Shown one piece after another: positions 28,333-37,358 of a DNA stretch of 64,000 nt. The stretch lies in sequence record MN101221.1; one strand, written 5' to 3'. Under the pieces are notes generated by a model. The model saw only the letters and a list, made by a program, of their open reading frames with translations, had not been told where the DNA came from and ran no database searches. Position 1 is the stretch's first letter. Each line of letters begins with the position of its first letter. The DNA comes from Klebsiella phage KMI7. The position numbers were made by a program, and so were the translations under genes.

Positions 28333-28593
28333 TTATTTGAAGCGAATTGTGCTATTTTTGAAAAATAATCCAGAGCACACAGCACCTTCAATTTTCACCC
28401 CTGTAGGACTTTTAGCAACGAACCCTGTTGCATAGGTGTCTTTCTCATCACATGCAAACCAGGCGTGGCCTGTGTACGTGATATCGGTAAACCCGTTAGC
28501 AGTCAGAATACGTTCGGCTTCTTTCTCATCGGTGCATCCGGCTTGTGCTAAAACGACAATGACGACTAACACCAAAGCAATAATATATTTCAT
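28333..28593 (-). CDS. small lipoprotein
   Basis: Signal peptide plus lipobox LAQAGC; mature part about 65 aa. Confidence 0.55.
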   Translation of the reverse strand: MKYIIALVLVVIVVLAQAGCTDEKEAERILTANGFTDITYTGHAWFACDEKDTYATGFVAKSPTGVKIEGAVCSGLFFKNSTIRFK

Positions 28594-28594
28594 G

Positions 28595-29026
28595 TTAAAC
28601 TCTTTTTAAGTTGGTTTTACTGGCTTCAATCCAGTACACGGGATCAGAATAGTTACCGCACATACCCAGTAACACAGTTGTACATCCTAAATGATCGGAA
28701 GGTCTCAATCCATCAGGATGAAAAGGCAATTCGTTAACACCGATACTGGTAGCAAAAAGAGCACCTCCAGTACTGTAAAATGTTTTGATATGATCGTATG
28801 CATCATCAGGCCACTGAAAACGATAAGTTTTATTGTCAATGGTTACTGTATACATATCATATTCCGTAAACAACGGATCTTTTCCTTGTGTTGCCCCATA
28901 CAGAGCGCCGCGCCATTCAACCAGATTTGCTTCAATGTCGCTTACACAAATTTTGTTACCCATACGCAAATCATGAAGGATCCCTTCAATGGTACGAATA
29001 GCCCCGCTAAGTTCATTAGTTAACAT
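28595..29026 (-). CDS. hypothetical protein
   Basis: ORF track 28595-29077; probable start MLTNELSG at 29026, adjacent to the upstream stop. Confidence 0.45.
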   Translation of the reverse strand: MLTNELSGAIRTIEGILHDLRMGNKICVSDIEANLVEWRGALYGATQGKDPLFTEYDMYTVTIDNKTYRFQWPDDAYDHIKTFYSTGGALFATSIGVNELPFHPDGLRPSDHLGCTTVLLGMCGNYSDPVYWIEASKTNLKRV

Positions 29027-29036
29027 AGAGTTTCCT

Positions 29037-29291
29037 TTAAAGTCTTTCCAGCATATCAGGCCCGAATGCCATAACAAAAGAACCCCTCAACGCTTGCCAC
29101 TTTTTATGGAGGCGCTTAGGTACGTTTACTTGCAAACGATCCATTTTACGAATAAGTTCTAATGCATCGTTGCTTGTGATTTCATTGTAACCTGGATTTA
29201 TTGTTGCGATCCCATATCTAAACGCCATTCCAGCTTCGGTATTTCCAACAAAAACAGAGGCTTTCATTTCATCAAAAGATTGTTCAAACAT
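29037..29291 (-). CDS. hypothetical protein
   Basis: 84-aa ORF. Confidence 0.4.
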   Translation of the reverse strand: MFEQSFDEMKASVFVGNTEAGMAFRYGIATINPGYNEITSNDALELIRKMDRLQVNVPKRLHKKWQALRGSFVMAFGPDMLERL

Positions 29292-29474
29292 GAGATCAGT
29301 TCCTTTAAATTGGTTTAATGGTTTTCAGGTGTAGTTTAGCATAAGAAGAACCAAATGAGTTACCATTATGATCAAACTTATGTTCTTCACTCTTCCAGTA
29401 TTTCCCCGATTTCATCAAGGGTATACGCTTCTTACCTGCTGTTATCGTTTCAACCATTCCGGTATGTGTAAAAA

Positions 29475-29828
29475 TCATACAAATCCCTCTTCTTCAAGCA
29501 CTTCCCAGATCAGCTTATCAAGGTGCATCAGGTTCCACATAACAGAGTCATAAGAACCAAGTGAGCGGGAGTAAATCACTCCCCATGAACGATACGCCTT
29601 TTGGAATCCCTCTGCACTATCTACATCATACGGCATATCATCACCGGAAGCAATCAAAAGTTTTAGGATCATCAGACTATTGATCGCCTTTGGCGTGAAT
29701 TCTTGCTCGCTTAACTTCATAGCATATCGTTCAATAATTTCTATTGACTTTGATTCTTTGATACGAGAATCTTCTTTGCGTTTGTAGTAGCGACTCATCA
29801 ATTCATCAACGGCGGCTGTGCATTTCAT
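29475..29828 (-). CDS. hypothetical protein
   Basis: 117-aa ORF. Confidence 0.45.
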   Translation of the reverse strand: MKCTAAVDELMSRYYKRKEDSRIKESKSIEIIERYAMKLSEQEFTPKAINSLMILKLLIASGDDMPYDVDSAEGFQKAYRSWGVIYSRSLGSYDSVMWNLMHLDKLIWEVLEEEGFV

Positions 29829-30156
29829 ACATTCTTTCCTTCTGTTCTGTGCTCATACCATACAACTGAGAGCGTATACGGTCTTGTATGCGGCGTGTTT
29901 CGTTTTGCATCAGTTGGTTTGAAAGAATCAAATCGACTACCGCGCCGCGAACTTTCCATAGATAATCAATCATCGCCATATCTTCATCGGTATGGAAACC
30001 CTTCGCATCACATTCATAGATAATGCTTTGCCTTTCCGCCATTGCCATTTCTGCTGTTGCCGGAGTAGCCAGAGAATATTCATACTTCTCGATCAACGAT
30101 TCCAGTGTACGCGGTTTTTCGGGAATGTCAACCACTAAAGGATTAATTGGGTTCAT
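29806..30156 (-). CDS. hypothetical protein
   Basis: 116-aa ORF; start overlaps the upstream stop (ATGA). Confidence 0.45.
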   Translation of the reverse strand: MNPINPLVVDIPEKPRTLESLIEKYEYSLATPATAEMAMAERQSIIYECDAKGFHTDEDMAMIDYLWKVRGAVVDLILSNQLMQNETRRIQDRIRSQLYGMSTEQKERMYEMHSRR

Positions 30157-31415
30157 TTCAATTCCACCGCGTATACATCCAATTCAGGGGCTTTGTGTAC
30201 GCGCATATCTTTACCACATACCGCATAAGCCGGACAGTTACGGCAACCGTTATGATCCTTGTTACCGATCAATTCCTGACGGAATTTCTTAGTTTTCGGA
30301 TGTTCCCAGATATCTTTGATAAAATCACTGGCTTCCAGGACGTTAAGCCCTTCTGACCATCCACCCTCGACCCAACGTTCGGTAAATGAACAAGGGAAGA
30401 ATTCACCCTTCTCGTTGATGTACGAGCTAAACATAGTAGCTTCACAATCTTCCGCATACTGTTTGTATTGTTCAAAATTTTCATGCCCTTCCATAGCCTC
30501 TACAAAGGCCGGAGCGGAACAGGAATCAAAACCGAACCCTACACCGGATTCAAGGCAATAATCTACCAGCGCTTTATACTGCTCGCGTGTAACGGTATCC
30601 CAGTTCTTCCCACGGCCTTTTTGTTTCAGACCCAGGAATACGATCGCGTTAACTTGCTTCAAGCGCGGATCATTCTTCACAGCATCAACCACGTTAAACG
30701 CGTCATCATAGGTTTTAGAGCTAACCATGAAATGAAGGTTGATTTGCTGTTGTCCGGCTTCTGCCAGATTAGCCACTGAATTAAACGCTACATCGAATCC
30801 AGCATGTTTGTATACTGATACCGCAACAGCCCCAGCAACAGCCGCTAAACGCGCTGCAACGTCTTTTGATACATCAGCAATGGTAAGGTTTGGTACAATG
30901 CCTTTAGAACGCGCATAGGCCATCATATCAAACATATCAGGGTTTGTTTGTCCCTGTGCATCAGCACCGAGGGCGCATTGTGTTAACCAGGGCATTTTAT
31001 CAATGATAGATTTGAATGTATCAAGATCCATATTGAAGCCGTTAGGGTTATTAGACTTGTAGCAGAAACCGCAAAGTTTACCAGCGGGGCCATTGCATTT
31101 AGTTGTGATCTCGATATCGAGAATTTCGGGGAATGGGGCATAGGTAGGATCAGTTTCAAACGATGTTCCCCAGCGAGCAAACTCACCAGTTTTAACGTTG
31201 AAATTGTAGTTATACCACTTAGAGCGAGCGTAACGGATATCACCATCTTGATAGATGAACAGGGTAGGAGCTTTCAGAACAGTTTGTGCGTTATTCATAA
31301 TATAATTCTCAAAATCTAACATGGGATTGGAAGACAGCGCGAGCGAGACTTTCATTATCAAACGGTATTGATTGGTGTTGCCCTTTGCTATCGATGTTAA
31401 CGCGCCAAAATTCAC
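30153..31415 (-). CDS. putative Fe-S enzyme (radical-SAM/SPASM-like cysteine clusters); start uncertain (31415 or about 31298)
   Basis: Up to 420 aa. N-proximal cluster TTKCNGPAGKLCGFCY (C-x8-C-x2-C); C-terminal CRNCPAYAVC plus FDSCSAP, resembling an auxiliary 4Fe-4S (SPASM/twitch) cluster. No canonical CxxxCxxC. Confidence 0.45.
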   Translation of the reverse strand: MNFGALTSIAKGNTNQYRLIMKVSLALSSNPMLDFENYIMNNAQTVLKAPTLFIYQDGDIRYARSKWYNYNFNVKTGEFARWGTSFETDPTYAPFPEILDIEITTKCNGPAGKLCGFCYKSNNPNGFNMDLDTFKSIIDKMPWLTQCALGADAQGQTNPDMFDMMAYARSKGIVPNLTIADVSKDVAARLAAVAGAVAVSVYKHAGFDVAFNSVANLAEAGQQQINLHFMVSSKTYDDAFNVVDAVKNDPRLKQVNAIVFLGLKQKGRGKNWDTVTREQYKALVDYCLESGVGFGFDSCSAPAFVEAMEGHENFEQYKQYAEDCEATMFSSYINEKGEFFPCSFTERWVEGGWSEGLNVLEASDFIKDIWEHPKTKKFRQELIGNKDHNGCRNCPAYAVCGKDMRVHKAPELDVYAVELK

Positions 31416-31524
31416 TAGAACAATTTTCAGTGGAGTAGTTCAACAGCGTTACCGTTTTATTCTTTTCCAAAAATACGCGTTTGTCAATCTCTGTTTTGAT
31501 TACGTGTTCCATCATTTTACCCAC
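31309..31524 (-). CDS. hypothetical small protein
   Basis: 71-aa ORF overlapping the 5' extension of the Fe-S ORF; only one of the two readings can be correct. Confidence 0.3.
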   Translation of the reverse strand: MGKMMEHVIKTEIDKRVFLEKNKTVTLLNYSTENCSSEFWRVNIDSKGQHQSIPFDNESLARAVFQSHVRF

Positions 31525-31769
31525 CGTTGTTTGCGTTCGTCAGCCAGTTCTTTTTTGTACACCTTGATGTATTCGCCGTTCAAGGCACGGAGATTTGAAA
31601 ATACACGATTGAAAAGATTTTTCTTTTCTTTGTATGCCGGAGACATACGGATCGATTCAATAGTCATACCCATTTCATTTTTAGGATACGCTCTTAACTC
31701 TGCGCCGATCTCATCAATCCATTTTTGGTACTGATCGCGCTGTGCTTTGTACTGTTCAAAAGTCAACAT
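31512..31769 (-). CDS. hypothetical protein
   Basis: 85-aa ORF. Confidence 0.45.
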   Translation of the reverse strand: MLTFEQYKAQRDQYQKWIDEIGAELRAYPKNEMGMTIESIRMSPAYKEKKNLFNRVFSNLRALNGEYIKVYKKELADERKQRWVK

Positions 31770-32015
31770 AACAACCTCACTTCATTTTAGCAATGTATTT
31801 GTCAATACTCATGTAAACGCGGGTATACATTACAGCAGCGTGACGGTCGAAGAATCTTTCCCACCATTCCAGCGCTTCCGCTTTAGAAGGTTTCGCGCCC
31901 AGGGCATCGTGCATTTTGGCTTTGATTTCTGTTACTGTCAACATGTCCATTTTTATCCCCGTTTCGTTTCGGTATGGGTGTAAGATAACATCATCCTACA
32001 CCCAGCGCAAGCATT

Positions 32016-32222
32016 TTATTCTTCTTCATCAAAATTATTTTGCGCGTAGTATTCACACACTGCATCTTCTGGGGTGCAACCGTCCGAGTAAAGAGCATAC
32101 ATCAGATCTTCGTCATAATCAGAAGAACCCAGCATATGTTGAACAGAGCGTTTCCATTTGTTGTAATCTTTTTCGCCCTGGGTTTCGCTGTTTTCTGATT
32201 TAAGCATTTCGTACATGTTCAT
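32016..32222 (-). CDS. hypothetical acidic protein
   Basis: 68-aa ORF. Confidence 0.4.
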   Translation of the reverse strand: MNMYEMLKSENSETQGEKDYNKWKRSVQHMLGSSDYDEDLMYALYSDGCTPEDAVCEYYAQNNFDEEE

Positions 32223-32364
32223 AGGAATCTCCCGTAGTCGGTTGCAGCATCTTCCGGATCCGCATCAAGTTCGTACAGTTCGCGAGCTAGTGCGCTGGGT
32301 TTAATATCGCGCCCTAAGTGGGCGCTAACATTACGTAGCCATTTCATATAGGGTTCGAATTTGT

Positions 32365-32616
32365 TCATTTTATACGTACCGCGTTAAAAGCCTGGTTCCG
32401 GAGATCATACGCTTTTTCAAGCTGTTCTGTAGTGAACAGATCACTATCCGAGTTTACTGTGAAACTGCAAATGGTTTTGTTGTCGGCGTTGACTTCTTCA
32501 ACAACGATATCATAACCCCAAATACCACTTAGTTCACATTTCACGTTACGGTACTTGATATAAACCGCAACAACATCTTCTTTTTTGTAGTTACGGCTTT
32601 TGTATAAAATTTCCAT
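32365..32616 (-). CDS. hypothetical protein
   Basis: 83 aa; preceded by a CGAAACGAAGC leader. Confidence 0.45.
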   Translation of the reverse strand: MEILYKSRNYKKEDVVAVYIKYRNVKCELSGIWGYDIVVEEVNADNKTICSFTVNSDSDLFTTEQLEKAYDLRNQAFNAVRIK

Positions 32617-32861
32617 TTCAAACTCCCTCTGCTTCGTTTCGATGGGGTAACAATACCAAATTCAAACCAGGATTGTTTAGCAATTAGTGCTATAACACAA
32701 ACGAACGCCCATCTTTTATAGATCGTTCCAGCGATGAAGCGGTTACTGTAAACTCAGGAAACCAGCACCCAAGATTACTTGACCACCACCAGACATTCAC
32801 GCCGTCTGTTTTAAATTCGATGTTAAGGTAAGTATTGAAAACGTGTTTCATGTTGTTCCCC

Positions 32862-33140
32862 TTACGCCATTTTCTTAGCGATTTTCCAGGAGGCTTTGAA
32901 CGCCGGAACGTCTTCAATATCAATCCAGAAACCAGATCCGAAACCATCACTATAGCAAGGGCAACCGTCGCAGTAGTTTTCCCAGGTCATCACTTCACCA
33001 CCAACAGAAGCACCAGTTTCCATAGCACGTAATGCATCTTCAACTTTTTCCAGTTTTTCGGCGTTGTCGTCGTAAATGACAAAGTACCATTTACCGTTGT
33101 ATTCGTTACCCAGTTTGATTGATTCGCGAACAAGTTTCAT
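32862..33140 (-). CDS. hypothetical protein
   Basis: ORF track start is 33188; probable start MKLVRES at 33140, downstream of the CGAAACGAAAC leader. Confidence 0.45.
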   Translation of the reverse strand: MKLVRESIKLGNEYNGKWYFVIYDDNAEKLEKVEDALRAMETGASVGGEVMTWENYCDGCPCYSDGFGSGFWIDIEDVPAFKASWKIAKKMA

Positions 33141-33209
33141 GATGATTTCCTTTTTGTCTGTTTCGTTTCTATGTGTGTAATATACCACAACCAGAATTTA
33201 ATGCAACAT

Positions 33210-33542
33210 TTATTTTGCTTCGAGTTCAATATTTTTCCATGTTTTCATCGGAACCCCTATCGCATCCCAAAACTTAACATCTTCCGCTGCAATCAGAGTA
33301 AAGAAGATCCCAGTTTTCCAGTATTTCCCGTTTCTGATTTCGTTTGCGATCTCATTCAACTGGTCGCAAAAATGTTCAGTCCAACTAACATCACCATCCC
33401 AACGAGTTTTCCCGTTGTACAGAGAGAATATGAAACTATCAATATAAGAAGATTTTCCGGTAGAGATACCCATCAAAACAGCCAGGATTGTGCGAACTGC
33501 ATATAAATTCTGAACCTCAACACTTCTCGTTTTAATAGTCAT
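33210..33542 (-). CDS. hypothetical protein
   Basis: ORF track start 33617 reads through the hairpin repeat; probable start MTIKTRSV at 33542. Confidence 0.45.
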   Translation of the reverse strand: MTIKTRSVEVQNLYAVRTILAVLMGISTGKSSYIDSFIFSLYNGKTRWDGDVSWTEHFCDQLNEIANEIRNGKYWKTGIFFTLIAAEDVKFWDAIGVPMKTWKNIELEAK

Positions 33543-33575
33543 TTCATGATTCCTCTGTTTTGTTTCGATGAATGC

Positions 33576-33615
33576 AATATAACAAAACCCCTCACCATAG
33601 GCAAGGGGTTTTTGC
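33576..33615. repeat. divergent copy of the intergenic hairpin repeat (AATATAACAAAACCCCTCACCATAGGCAAGGGGTTTTTGC)
   Basis: Same architecture (ATATAAC plus GC hairpin plus T-run) as copies A-C; loop and stem are diverged. Confidence 0.6.
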
Positions 33616-33620
33616 AAAAA

Positions 33621-33878
33621 TCATCGTTTGATTGGGGTATTATCTATAACCCTTTGAATTTCCGAACGCATCGTAGAATACTGACACAATTCGGTAAGCG
33701 CCCGATCCAGGTGCATCATAGCGTAAGAAAACTCCTTTCCGCATTTGTCACATCGAGCGTATAAATGTAAATGGATGCGCCCGATCCCATCTACCTGACT
33801 ATATTTCTGGAATATGTAAGGATCTGCACCCCGATAACCAGTTGCTTGATGCTTACACTCTCGTTTGAACCATGACAT
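33621..33878 (-). CDS. hypothetical Cys/His-rich protein
   Basis: 85-aa ORF. Confidence 0.45.
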   Translation of the reverse strand: MSWFKRECKHQATGYRGADPYIFQKYSQVDGIGRIHLHLYARCDKCGKEFSYAMMHLDRALTELCQYSTMRSEIQRVIDNTPIKR

Positions 33879-34453
33879 TAATAATATCCTTGTACGTTGA
33901 AGCGATCACATAACAATTTTCTTGTTTGGTTAGTATCGCTTTGGATAGAATTCAACATAGCGCTGATCATGTTTAAGTTATTTTGCATCATTTCCGCGCT
34001 CATGAGAACTTCCATACGCGCACGTAAGCGTTTATTTTCTTCTTCCAACTCAACCATACGGTCATATGCTTTTATGCGCTCTAAGGGCATATCAGGGCGC
34101 TCTTTGAGTACGCGAGCACGTTCAACCTCACAAGCATGATTTGCTTTCCAGTGGTTCGATTCCGCTTCAAATTTATTGAGGCGGCGGATCTCTTCAACCA
34201 GCTTTTTGATCATGTGTGGATCCATCATGTCGATGAATTTCATCAAGCAATTGGATTTTGTTTGGTTGTCAGCAACAGACCAAGACGAATTATACGTAAC
34301 CGTAAACGTGCGGCCCATTTCATCAACAACCCCGATCTTGTTATCATCGGTGATTGCAGCCGCCCATTTCTCCCGCATGGCTGTACAGGTTCCGCTGGCT
34401 ACACTGTGCAACTTGTTTAATGTTGCATCATCAAACACAATTTCATCACTCAT
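33878..34453 (-). CDS. hypothetical protein with C-terminal coiled coil
   Basis: 191-aa ORF. Confidence 0.5.
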   Translation of the reverse strand: MSDEIVFDDATLNKLHSVASGTCTAMREKWAAAITDDNKIGVVDEMGRTFTVTYNSSWSVADNQTKSNCLMKFIDMMDPHMIKKLVEEIRRLNKFEAESNHWKANHACEVERARVLKERPDMPLERIKAYDRMVELEEENKRLRARMEVLMSAEMMQNNLNMISAMLNSIQSDTNQTRKLLCDRFNVQGYY

Positions 34454-34460
34454 ATATGCC

Positions 34461-34859
34461 TCACATAGATTTCAAAATACGCAGAAGTGCGTTAGTAAAG
34501 ATATCAGGAACACAACCACCAAACAACTTATGATTCATCAGCGCTAATTTCATGCTGTGATTTTCAGTATATCGCCCGTTCTGGATCCCCCAGGCAACGA
34601 CATTACCAGGTTCATGAATAACTAAGTTGGTGAGAGTAACGGTCATGCGCTCTTTATCATTGATAGAAAATGAATAGCAGTAACCGGATCCGATGTCGCC
34701 GTAAAGGTTAAGGTCTTTCAATTTCCCTTGCTCATGCAAGCGTTTCATATGAACTGCACATGCATGATTAATAGTCATTTCGTCATCCCTAGCCCAGTCA
34801 TCAATACCAGAGGTATAACGAATATTGAAATAGTTAGTCAGTTCATTTGATACGCTCAT
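34461..34859 (-). CDS. hypothetical protein
   Basis: ORF track start 34961 overlaps the upstream gene; probable start MSVSNEL at 34859. Confidence 0.4.
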   Translation of the reverse strand: MSVSNELTNYFNIRYTSGIDDWARDDEMTINHACAVHMKRLHEQGKLKDLNLYGDIGSGYCYSFSINDKERMTVTLTNLVIHEPGNVVAWGIQNGRYTENHSMKLALMNHKLFGGCVPDIFTNALLRILKSM

Positions 34860-35061
34860 TAGAAACCTCACTTTTATAAAATTCTTTACCAGTCCCATTA
34901 CAGCTACTGCATTTGGGGGAACGGTTGTTATCATACCGCCCCGATCCGTTACATGCAACACATTTCCTTAATTTCCAGCCATACACGAACCTCATGTAAT
35001 AATCGGTTCGTGCGGCCTTGCGTTCATGGAAATTCATGCTTTGTAAACCTGAACCAACCAC
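34843..35061 (-). CDS. small protein with two DnaJ CR-type zinc-finger repeats
   Basis: CVACNGSG and CSSCNGTG (CxxCxGxG x2). Confidence 0.45.
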   Translation of the reverse strand: MVGSGLQSMNFHERKAARTDYYMRFVYGWKLRKCVACNGSGRYDNNRSPKCSSCNGTGKEFYKSEVSNERIK

Positions 35062-35234
35062 ATTTCGATGTTAGGCGCGTAAGTAACGTTTACCTTATGC
35101 ATAGTGCGGTATTTGTAAGCGGCTTTGTACGCATCGAGTTCAGTCGGAACACAGAAAGAGAAACCGTTATCATAGCGTTCTGCGTTAGAAACTTCACAAC
35201 CAACTACAGCGGCAATGTTTTTATTCATGTTCAT
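35034..35234 (-). CDS. hypothetical small protein
   Basis: ORF track start 35291 reads through the hairpin repeat; probable start MNMNKNIAAV at 35234. Confidence 0.4.
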   Translation of the reverse strand: MNMNKNIAAVVGCEVSNAERYDNGFSFCVPTELDAYKAAYKYRTMHKVNVTYAPNIEMWLVQVYKA

Positions 35235-35270
35235 GATGTTTTCCTTTCTCTGTTTCGTTTCGATGTGTGT

Positions 35271-35312
35271 AATATAACAAAGCCCCTGCACGAATGCAAG
35301 GGCTTTTTGATT
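35271..35312. repeat. intergenic hairpin repeat copy B
   Basis: Identical 42-mer to copy A; preceded by the CGAAACGAAAC leader on the minus sense. Confidence 0.8.
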
Positions 35313-36225
35313 ATTTTGGTAATTTTTCGATGGTTGCTTTCAACTCATTGATTTTATTAAAGAGTTCATCGCTATATTTCATCAACTCAGTACGGCGCTT
35401 TTCGGCCCACTTGATCAGGAATTCAGGAGAATCTACACCATACGTGTAACCGTCGGCACTTAGTTGAATACGAGCACGGGAACCATAATCAACAGAACTT
35501 TGTTCAATGAGAAACTTAACCGCATCAAGCAGGGCTAAATCTTCATGACTTACCATGATTCCTTCTGCCTTTGGAAGATCCACAACTTCATCCTGAATGA
35601 GTTCACGGCGGGTTGTTTCTTCCAGTGTTTCATGATTCTGGATCATCGTTTCGACCGGATCCTTTGCCACGACTGGTTTATTTTCACCTACTTCTTCCAA
35701 AAACATCAACATCCATCCAGGAATTTTAGTCCGGAAAGAACTTTGCACTTCACTGGTGCATGAATTTCCCAGAATGTGGATCGCGTTGCCATGCATATCA
35801 ACTTTATTGATATAGATAACGTTCTGCTGTTCCTGTCGGTTGCTACCATAAGAAAGGAAGCGGCGTAACGATGTGTTATGACCATACTTCCCTAAATCGA
35901 TTTCAGCCAGGCAATCAATGATCCCACGGTTAGAAACCTTGTAGCGCTTACCCTGTTTGAAAAATAACGATTCTTCCATGTGAGTAGGGTTAAACTCTTC
36001 ATAAAGCACATAGAATTCTTTAGGAATTTTGCGCTGAACCAGACTCAGTTTACAATTATTAGAAGGAACGATAACAGAGTGAATGTTTCCTTCTGTATCA
36101 CACATAGCTTGCATTACTTGCGGATAGTAAAGATGGTCTTTCTTGCAAGTATAGCTATGGATACGACTCTGACGTTTTTTGAAGTACCATTTACCAGTTT
36201 CAAAAGGCGCTGTTGTAAAATTCAT
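35311..36225 (-). CDS. hypothetical protein, translationally coupled partner of the DUF262 protein
   Basis: 304 aa; ATG at 36225 overlaps the upstream stop (ATGA at 36222-36225). Confidence 0.55.
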   Translation of the reverse strand: MNFTTAPFETGKWYFKKRQSRIHSYTCKKDHLYYPQVMQAMCDTEGNIHSVIVPSNNCKLSLVQRKIPKEFYVLYEEFNPTHMEESLFFKQGKRYKVSNRGIIDCLAEIDLGKYGHNTSLRRFLSYGSNRQEQQNVIYINKVDMHGNAIHILGNSCTSEVQSSFRTKIPGWMLMFLEEVGENKPVVAKDPVETMIQNHETLEETTRRELIQDEVVDLPKAEGIMVSHEDLALLDAVKFLIEQSSVDYGSRARIQLSADGYTYGVDSPEFLIKWAEKRRTELMKYSDELFNKINELKATIEKLPK

Positions 36226-36749
36226 TTTGCATTCTCATACATAGTTAAAATTGCTTGCATATGTTCCGGTGATTGTGGAACCCCTGCAAAGTTCACTTTC
36301 AAAAAGAAATTCAACCGATCTTTTATGTTGCACTCATCGAGTCCAAGCGCTGGTAATGAAATGTTTTCAAAAGCACGTTGTTCATGTCTTTCCATTTCAC
36401 CCCAAAACAAACGGGAACCGTTAGGCATCGGTATTCCAATTTCATTGTTCCAGAATTTCATGATAGTTGTCAAGCGCTGTTTTCCGTCAATGACTTCTAC
36501 CCATCGAGATTCGTTGAATTCACTATCAACCGCGATCGCAATGATACCGCAAGGAAACCCAGTAATCAAAGTTTTCATGAAAGCATCTTGCTCTTTCTGC
36601 TTCCACACGTAGGGCCGCTGATAGGACGGATTCAGATCCAGATCGTTGTTCTTGAACCAGTGAATGTAACTACCAACCATGATCGCATGATCGCGACTTT
36701 GGAAAGTTTTTAACTCACGAATACGGTTTCTTACAATTTCATCCGACAT
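36222..36749 (-). CDS. DUF262 / ParB-like nuclease-NTPase domain protein (GmrSD N-terminal-domain-like)
   Basis: 175 aa. NPSYQRPYVWKQKEQDAFMKTLITGFPCG...VIDGKQRLTTI matches the DUF262 QR...DGQQR signature. Confidence 0.6.
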   Translation of the reverse strand: MSDEIVRNRIRELKTFQSRDHAIMVGSYIHWFKNNDLDLNPSYQRPYVWKQKEQDAFMKTLITGFPCGIIAIAVDSEFNESRWVEVIDGKQRLTTIMKFWNNEIGIPMPNGSRLFWGEMERHEQRAFENISLPALGLDECNIKDRLNFFLKVNFAGVPQSPEHMQAILTMYENAK

Positions 36750-37071
36750 TATGTATCACCCACAGCAATAAAAAAGAATTGATAAATGCAAAAGTGGTAC
36801 AGATTGCAGCAAAAACACGCGCATTATGAACCTGTGTTTTCAATTCTGCGATCTCTTGATCCTTTTCGCTTTCAAACTCTTCGCGAGTACCATAATACCC
36901 AGGATCGTTAGCCGTTGCCAATCTAACCGCATCTTTTTCAACCAGCGTTGCGTAACCGCTTTTTATTTGTGTCGCCCCGTACCATCCACCCCGATCGTTG
37001 TTAATGATCAGATGATCGCCCTTTTCGTTATGCTTTGATTCGCCAACAACAATAACCCGCTTACCATTCAT
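36739..37071 (-). CDS. hypothetical C-terminally membrane-anchored protein
   Basis: 110 aa; C-terminal hydrophobic AAICTTFAFINSFLLLWVI. Confidence 0.45.
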   Translation of the reverse strand: MNGKRVIVVGESKHNEKGDHLIINNDRGGWYGATQIKSGYATLVEKDAVRLATANDPGYYGTREEFESEKDQEIAELKTQVHNARVFAAICTTFAFINSFLLLWVIHNVG

Positions 37072-37099
37072 AATATGATCCTCAAAGGGGCCGAAGCCC

Positions 37100-37357
37100 C
37101 TATTTCGCGTTCTTCTGTAGATAATATAACAGATTTCCGCTTTGATGTAAATCTAAAACTTTAGAAAACTTCTCTGCGTTTCTTTCGTTTGTGAGTTCGT
37201 CGAAATGCCATACACCATCATCAGCTATTAACGCGCCAGGTGATGAACCTGTTTCTACATCACGGGAAAGCGCAAGCCCCAGAGGGTGTAAGATTTCGCG
37301 GTTAATGCGCCAAACAAGGCCCATTTCAGATAGAGTATTAAAATCGACGTATCTCAT
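37100..37357 (-). CDS. hypothetical protein
   Basis: 85-aa ORF. Confidence 0.45.
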   Translation of the reverse strand: MRYVDFNTLSEMGLVWRINREILHPLGLALSRDVETGSSPGALIADDGVWHFDELTNERNAEKFSKVLDLHQSGNLLYYLQKNAK

Positions 37358-37358
37358 A

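Noticed and set aside
28333-29077. Lipoprotein plus upstream gene as an Rz/Rz1-like spanin pair
   Set aside because: The upstream 143-aa protein has no N-terminal TM helix or periplasmic coiled coil, and the lipoprotein is not proline-rich or embedded/overlapping as o-spanins are. An exclusion-type lipoprotein is more likely.
29368-29553. 61-aa plus-strand ORF in the 29.3-29.5 kb gap
   Set aside because: It is antisense to a better minus-strand 55-aa ORF that continues the uniformly minus-strand operon. There is no RBS, and the plus orientation would be isolated.
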